Shown piece after piece: positions 12,372-18,887 of a DNA stretch of 18,887 nucleotides. The notes beneath the pieces were generated by a model. It worked only from the letters and a program-made list of their open reading frames with translations. It did no database searches and was not told the DNA's origin. Positions within the stretch are counted from its first letter, which is position 1; every line of letters starts with the position of its first letter. Origin of the DNA: Fonticula alba ATCC 38817 (lineage: Eukaryota; Protista; Nucleariida); NCBI GenBank assembly GCA_000388065.2, contig KB932204.1, one strand, 5' to 3'. Both the position numbers and the translations under genes were made by a program.

Positions 12372-12780
12372 ACCCCCCTGTCTCCTCCGAGCCCGGTGGA
12401 GGAGCCGCCGCCCACACGGTACGGCCCATTGCCCGGGAAATAGACAACAAATGACGAGCCTGTCCTGATCTGACGTCCTGCTTGGATCACATGCAGGCGT
12501 AGACATCAAGATATGTAACACACACACACACATATACACACACAATTACGGAAGCCAACCTGGAACCGGAGGGGAAGCACAACAACACCTGGGAGGCGGA
12601 GAGGGGCAGGGGGGGGGGGGGGGGTTGTTATTTGCCGGTCTGGGCCAGCGTTCACCCAGGGGCGGCGGACACGGGCAGAGGGGCGGGCATCGGTGACAGC
12701 GGCCTCGACATCAACTGAATCGGGCGGCGCTCTGCCACCGGACACAGGGGATGATGTACAGCGGAGGAAGACGTGTGCAC

Positions 12781-13183
12781 TTAAAGGCGGAGGAACTCCG
12801 AGAGGATCTCGCACTCGACGGCGTTCTCGAAGGCATCGTAGTCCTGTTGTGCCGGGCGATGGGCGATGGGCGATGGGCGATGGGCGTGCGAGTGTGCGGG
12901 TGTGTGAGCGAGAGGGCGAGGGGGCGGATGATGGGGCGCGGGAGGGCAGATGGCGGGATCGGCGGGCACGCACACCGAGGTACTCCTCGCCCTTGAAGAT
13001 CTGAGGGGGGATGGTGTTGCCACCGCTGCCACGGCGCATCTGCTTCTTGTAGTCCTCGTTGGAGGCGATGTCGCGGGTCTCGAAGGGGATCTTCTTGCTG
13101 GAGAGGATGCTCTCGATGTGGCTCTGCTTCTTCTTGATGTCGAGCGAGGCGCTGATGGAGGAAACGTAGATGATGATGGTCAT
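12781..13183 (-). CDS. SH3BGRL: SH3BGR/SH3BGRL-family thioredoxin-fold protein, 90 aa. Exons 13183-12974, 12843-12781
   Basis: MTIIIYVSSISASLDIKKKQSHIESILSSKKIPFETRDIASNEDYKKQMR...IPPQIFKGEEYLG|DYDAFENAVECEILSEFLRL matches the family pattern (IKKKQ, DIA, PPQIF, Y.GDY.AF, FL.L). The phase-0 intron is 12973-12844 (GTGCGT..CAG). There is no CxxC. Confidence 0.92.
12854..12886. repeat. (GGGCGAT)4+ heptamer repeat next to the SH3BGR 3' splice site
   Basis: Direct inspection. It reads (ATCGCCC)n on the sense strand. Confidence 0.9.
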
Positions 13184-13822
13184 GGTGGTGGACTGGGGCG
13201 GGGCCGGGGAGAGGGAAGGAGGTGCTCTACAGGGGGAGGGCGAGGGGGGGGGGGGGGGGGGGGGGCGGGGGCGGGGGCGGGGGAGGAGACGGCAGGAGGG
13301 TAAGTGCCGGGTGACGGGCGCAAGGAGGAGAGCAGCGATGGCCGCAGCAACTTGGGCATCAAAGGGCAGGAGAACGGACAGAACTGAGTGGAAGGGGAAC
13401 TAGTCTGGAGGTCAGGCACGGGCGGAGGCGGCTTGGCCTCCTGGCTGAAATACTTGCCCGGGCGTTGTCTGCGGGAAGCGGTGTCTCCCTGTGCGGGATG
13501 TCGGCTCGTCGGACCGGGGGCCCATACTACCGCACCCCCTCCCCCCCCCCCCCGTGGGGAGGGACCGGAGCACATCCCTCCGCGCCCACCTCGAGCCCCG
13601 TTCGCAGAGGGACAGCATTCTTCCCGACGCTGGGATGCGGGAACAACACCGTAGGCATCAGGAGTGGCTGGACAAAGGCGTCTTCTGAACGCCCGGGCGT
13701 CCTCCCGAAGTGGGACCATATTTCCGGTGTCAAGAATGGAGTCCTGCCGGAAAACGCGAGCTGGAGATATGCGCCTCCCTCTGCACTGGCAGGGACGGAA
13801 CGAGGGGGCGGCTGGGGGGGGG

Positions 13823-13921
13823 NNNNNNNNNNNNNNNNNNNNNNNNNNNNNNNNNNNNNNNNNNNNNNNNNNNNNNNNNNNNNNNNNNNNNNNNNNNNNN
13901 NNNNNNNNNNNNNNNNNNNNN
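13823..13921. other. Assembly gap
   Basis: N run after a G homopolymer. Confidence 0.98.
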
Positions 13922-13959
13922 GGAGGGGAAGATGATGGGGGGGGGCATTCCAGGGTGCA

Positions 13960-14073
13960 CTAAAGGCGACACATGATCAGACGGCGGCTCCAGATCGGTC
14001 TTTAGGTTTGCCGTCAGATCACATATCCCGCGAGATGGTCAGCCGGCACGCCGGGGTATCGCGTCTGGAGCCG
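13960..14073. other. Candidate structured (pseudoknot-capable) element; no known ncRNA family recognised
   Basis: Interleaved complementary segments: 13974-13985/14010-14021, 13985-13994/14064-14073 and 13960-13967/13998-14005. Confidence 0.3.
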
Positions 14074-14522
14074 GGCGCCTCGGCATCCCAGCCGGGAGGC
14101 CTGCGAGGGCGCGCAGGATGCGCGGAAAAAACAACACGAAAAAAACAACCAACTGTGTTTCGCGCGCGCGCGCGTGTGTGTGTGCATGAGGAGGGGGAAC
14201 ATATTTTCAAGCATGTATTTCGGTGGGGCATGAGGCTGAGACGGCGCACACATGCGTGCACACGCCAAGGAGACAAAGGGGGACCGGGAGCGAGGCGAGA
14301 AAAGGAGGCAGAAGGGAAGCAAGGACAGTCATCTATCGCCCCTCTCCGCGGTCCCCCTGCATGGGTTGTGTAAATATATATATATATGTAAATATATATG
14401 TGTGGCTGGGTGGGTGGAGAAGGGGGGAAGGGCGAGGTGCGCGCCAGGCGCCCACCAGCTTCAGCCGGCTACTACACGCCCCCCAATCTCCGCTGGGTGT
14501 GCGAGCCGCCTCTCTCTCTCTC

Positions 14523-15477
14523 TCAGAGAGCCAGCTCGCTGGCTTCCGGATCCCGGACCAGCAGAGGCAGGTGTACCGACGGGGGCACCATGTCGCCCGG
14601 CCGACAGGAGCAGTGGTTTCTAATGTCCTGCCGGGCACCCTTGGAGAGGAGGTAGGCGATCAGGTGGTCGTCTCGCAGCAGGGCCGCATAGTGGAGGGCC
14701 GTATTACCGAAGGCGTCCTGGGCATCGACATTGGCGCCATTCTGAAGGAGGAGCTCGGCCAGGGGAAGGTTCAATGTGGAGATGGCCGTATGCAGGGCCC
14801 CCATGCCGAGACGCACGCGACTCAAGTACACCGGGGCCGCTTCCAGTGAGAGGGGGAAGAAGAAGGCGCCGCCCGGTCGCGAGGAGGAGGAGGAGGACGA
14901 CGAGGAGGAGGACATGCCGCCGGTGGGAGAAGTGGTGGCGGCGGGTGGCGGCGTAGGGCCCGGGGCCGGAGCCAAAGACAGGGCACTGCCCTGGCTGCGG
15001 GTTGGGCTGTCATGCGGCCGTTCCAGCGCCAGGCCGGTGGGAGTCACGGCCGACGGCGTGCGCGGACTCAGGCCAGCCCCCCCGGGCATGGTGCCGGATT
15101 GGGTGGTGACCGGCGAGAGGGCAGCCAGGTCCTTGGCCGACGGGGCCGCGGCCCCACCGACCGCGCGTCGGACACGCTGCGGGGTGATGATCGGGTCGTC
15201 GTCCGACTCATCATCAGACACATCGTCATCGTCGGACACATCATCATCGTCATCGGACCAGGACAGCAATGAGCAGGCCGAGTCCAGGGTTTCGGAGGAT
15301 TCCGAAGAGAAGAGCCCCCCGGCAGGCCGGTGGTGGATGGGCAAGCCGGCGTCCTTGGCGGAGGCGCCTACGGTGGGGGCGGCGGCGGCGGCGGTAGTGG
15401 CGGCGGGAGCCGCCGCGACCAGCTCATTCTGATGGTGAGGGGAGATGGTGGTGGTGGTGGTGGTGGAGGTGGGGGTG

Positions 15478-15511
<34 letters not shown>

Positions 15512-18500
15512 GCTGCTCTCTGTTGGGGTGGAGGAGGAGCTGGTGCGAGTCCGGCCGCAAGAGGTGGTGATGGAGGTGGAGATCCTCACCGGGGCCGGAC
15601 TCGATGTCGGAGGAGGTGATGTCCGACTCGTCGCTCGAGGAGGACGAGTCGTACGAGTGAATGGATGCATGGGACCCGGAGGTGGGGATGCCGCCGGGGA
15701 TGTCGCCGGCGCCGGTGCCACCGCTGGCCGAGCTGCTCCCACCCGGGGTCAGGCGCTTGGATCGGGTGACCGCGGCCGAGCGCTTGCGCTCGGCGGCCAG
15801 CTCCTCCACGGCACAGAGGGCCGTCACCTCGTCCAGGAACTCGAGCCCATTCACATCGGCCCCGAGAGGCAGCGTGTGCAGGGTGCCGAGCGGGTCGCCA
15901 AAGCGCACATACGCCAGCATCTTGCGAACGAGCAGGCGCGCCTGCTCCGCCGCCGGGAGGGCCAGCTCAGCCGGCAGGAGCAGCGGCCGGACAAACAACT
16001 TTTGCGAGTACTTGGCGATGATATAGCGCTGACGCTCGTCCCGGGGGGCGCCCTGGGGGGGCTTGCTGATGAGGGCCCCTTCGGTGGAGGGGTCGCCGCC
16101 GGAGGCCGGCCCCCCCGGTGGGGGGGTCGCCCCAAGCAGGGCCTCTAGGATGGAATTCGACCGGTCATTGCCGAGGGACACCTGCATGGCCACCAGCTCC
16201 GGGGTCCAGCTCTGGACGTCCAGGGTGGAAGAGCGGATCTTGGTGATGTGAGTGCCGAGGGATCGGTGTACACCGGAGCAGCCTGAGCCGCGCGAAGCCG
16301 CCAACGCAGAGGGGGGGGGGGGGAGAAAAGGGCAGGGACATGGTCAGCATCGGGAACATAGCGACCCGCCACCGGGAGGGAGCAAAGCCGGGAAAGGAAC
16401 AGAGGACCGGCACGCACCAAGGCAAATGCACACGCCAAGGTTGATGGAGCACCAGTCGGGATTGGCAGCGCCACAGTCGGCGCACTGGAGGTTGGAGGGG
16501 ACCTGCGTGGTGATTTGGTCGTGGATCTATGGGCAAAATGCGCGCGCACACACATGCAAGCGAGGCGGTCAAAGGGGGGAGGCAAGCAGACAGCAGAAGG
16601 GCCATGTCAAAGTGCGGAAGTTAGAACACGGGCCAAGGGGAGTCGCATGAAGAAGAGGGGACGGGGGGGGGGGGACAAAGCACGGAGGAAATGCACAAGG
16701 CCATGCCCCACTTGCTGGGCCAGGGCGCCGGCCGACGCACACTCATTTCCCCAGCACGGACGTCGGATGTGTGAAGCGGCCCGTGCAGCGAAGACTCGAT
16801 GGACTTCTGGATGACCTGGATCCAGGTGGAAAGCTCCTCCTCGGACATGGCCTGGTAGAGGCGCCGCGAGGAGGGGGAAATGAGCTCGAAGCAGAATCGG
16901 CGCTCGGCCTTGGGGGCCGAGCGGACCGAGCAGGTCCGAAGATCGGTGCTGGTGCCGCCCCGAGGCCCGGGCTTCCAGTGGGCATACTCATGCAGAGCCC
17001 CCTCACTCACCACGCACCAGACCTTGCGCCATTCGCGAGTGGCGGTCTTCTGGTGCATGGTATAGAGGAACCCCTGGCGGCCGCGGGCCAAGGCGCGCGG
17101 GTCATTCCCGTCATTCATCGGGTCCAGGTCGCGGATGCCATGGTACTTGGAGGCCGCCCCGGCAGACAGGCCCCCGCCAGGCCGGCCGACCAGGATATTC
17201 CTCCCGAAGAGGGACACCACACGCTGCTCGTGCTGGCGGATGCGCAGACGGTCGGCCGCCTCGCGGCTGCCATCCTGGATGCTTTGGCGCACGGTGTCGC
17301 GCTCGTTGCGCCACGTGTGGGCATTGGTCCAGCCCTGGGAAATGTGGTCCACCAGGGAGGCCTGCTTGGTGGCCATGCGCGAGGATAGCTGGCCCAGCTT
17401 CGAGTGCCAGGTGGCATGCTTCTCCACCAGGGAGCTGGCGTAGTGCTGGATTTCCTGCTCCTTCAAAACAAAGAGGCTCTCCATGTTGGTCAGGTAGTCG
17501 TAGCGAATCAAATTGTAGGACCCCTGCCGGTGGATGTACTTCTTGTCGATTTGGATCAGCTTTTCCGGGCGCTTGTGCGCATAGGTGCTGAGGTACTTTT
17601 CCAGGAAGGCATGGTACGAGGCGGAGGTCTTGTCGAAGTCCGTCTTCATGTCTTCCAGCCGGCGGAAGTCCGTTTCGCACATTTGAACCAGCGGATCGAT
17701 GAGAATGCACCGGATGTGGTACCGGTAGGACTCGTGCGCCTCGCCCTCCTGCGAGAAGATGGATGACAGGTAGTCCGTGGCCGAGGTGACGCCGCGGAAG
17801 GCCGAGAAGCTGGCCAGGAGTTGGGTCTGTGCGTTCTGGATGGCCTCGATGCTGGCCTCGTAGGCCTGCAGGGCGGCCAGCAATCCCCGGACCTTCTGCG
17901 TGAATTGGTGAGCATCGCGCTCCAGCTCGTCCACCGTGGCCCGGAAGAGGGGGCCCTCCTCGGTGGATGTGGCCTCGGCCAGGATGGTGGCACTGCCGGC
18001 CGGGGCGGAGCCGCCGGGCCCGGTGCCGGTGGCGCTGGCCGAGGACGATGCCCCGGCGGGGCCGGTCACGCCGGGCCCCGGGGTGGCGGCCGACCCGGTC
18101 CCGGTGGCGGGGAAGTTATAGGAGGACAGCGATTGGGTCGAGCTGCTGAAGGGGATTTTGCCCGATCGCACGGACGCCGTGTCGCTGGATGCGTGCCTAT
18201 TTGACGAGGCATCTGGCAGGGCTGCACCCAGGGGACCGGGATGGCGGAAGCGCATGCGGGCATGGTAAGAAGTCGAAAGGTGAAGCCCATGGACGAGAGA
18301 GCAGCCAATCAAAACCCCGGGAAGCCTGGTGTCCGGCTCTGCCGCCTGCCTGCTACCCCCCCGCCCCCCACCCCACCCCACCCCACCCCGGGAGTGGCAG
18401 CACTGGCAACCGGCCACAAGGCACGACGGACAACAACGCACAGAGAGAGGCAGAAGAAATGGACGAGGCAGAGGAGGCCGGGGCCGGGGGCGAGGCGATG

Positions 18501-18787
18501 CCCCCGCCGGGAGCTGTTGATCCTGATGAAAACCCGGCCCCGGTGCTCGATTGTGAGGCCATCCCGAGGGCCGAGGTAGAGGGGGCCAGCGAGCTGGATG
18601 ACCCGAGGGGGCCGGTGTTGGCATTGCCGGATCCCGGGGCGCCGGGCCCGGACCCGCTCGCAGAGGATGAACCTGACCCCGGGCCTGAGGAGGAAGAGCT
18701 GGAAGAGCTTGAGGCGAAGATGTTGACACTCCGGGCGATGCGGAAGATGTTACCCGGCGAGGAGGGGTGGCTGTTGGAGGAAGTCAT
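14523..18787 (-). CDS. ACAP: BAR-PH-ArfGAP-ankyrin protein (ACAP/centaurin-beta-like), about 1231 aa. Exons 18787-18442, 18221-16741, 16526-16418, 16282-14523
   Basis: BAR start EEGPLFRATVDELE. PH: RQGFLY...WRKVWCVV...DLRTCSVR...ERRFCFELISP...YQAMSEEELSTWIQVIQ. ArfGAP zinc finger NLQCADCGAANPDWCSINLGVCICL|GCSGVHRSLG with the Arg finger. Ankyrin repeats LHTAI...LLLQNGANVDAQDAFGNTALHYAA. All three donors are GTGCGT and the CDS is 3696 nt in frame. The exon 1 to exon 2 junction is the least certain. Confidence 0.92.
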
Positions 18788-18887
18788 CGTGCGAAGTGGC
18801 CGACCGGGGGCGCAGGGCCGGAGGGATGCGGGGAAGGAAGGAAGGAAGGGGGGGGGGGGGCCCACAGGGGACACACTGCTCCGCTGG

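Noticed and set aside
12200-12490. Minus-strand 96-aa ORF as a third SH3BGR exon or a separate gene
   Set aside because: SH3BGR ends in frame at TAA 12783-12781 with a family-typical C-terminus. This ORF is antisense to exon 2 of the microprotein and has no recognisable motif.
13449-13540. ATACTTGCCC as a U1 snRNA 5' end
   Set aside because: It differs from AUACUUACCUG and lacks the U1-70K loop, the U1A loop and the Sm site.
13970-14025. SECIS element or telomerase RNA template on the minus strand (GUGA...AAA...UGA; AAACCUAAA)
   Set aside because: The helix spacing does not give the tandem G-A quartet geometry. AACCUAA lacks the third C needed to template TTAGGG-type repeats.

Overview
This is GC-rich, intron-containing eukaryotic genomic DNA with poly-C/poly-G tracts, microsatellites and four assembly gaps. 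The style resembles a unicellular opisthokont such as Fonticula (my impression, not verified). Five spliced genes can be reconstructed with GT-AG introns whose phases all close correctly. (1) + strand, 403-4956, about 1089 aa: a TRF/telobox-type Myb domain followed directly by a domain carrying the motifs of the archaeal/giant-virus DNA-bending protein MC1, then a long Q/H/G-rich tail. (2) + strand, 8111-11407: a JmjN+JmjC KDM4-type histone demethylase. (3) + strand, 11859-12371: a 99-aa single-pass membrane microprotein of unknown family. (4) - strand, 13183-12781: an SH3BGR-like thioredoxin-fold protein. (5) - strand, 18787-14523: a BAR-PH-ArfGAP-ankyrin (ACAP-like) protein. The main finding is the telobox-Myb/MC1 fusion, which the ORF track hides because it is split over five exons. 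Secondary findings are a histone H3K9-like RKST motif in the demethylase tail, a GTGCGY-dominated splice donor, and a candidate pseudoknotted RNA element at about 13960-14073.
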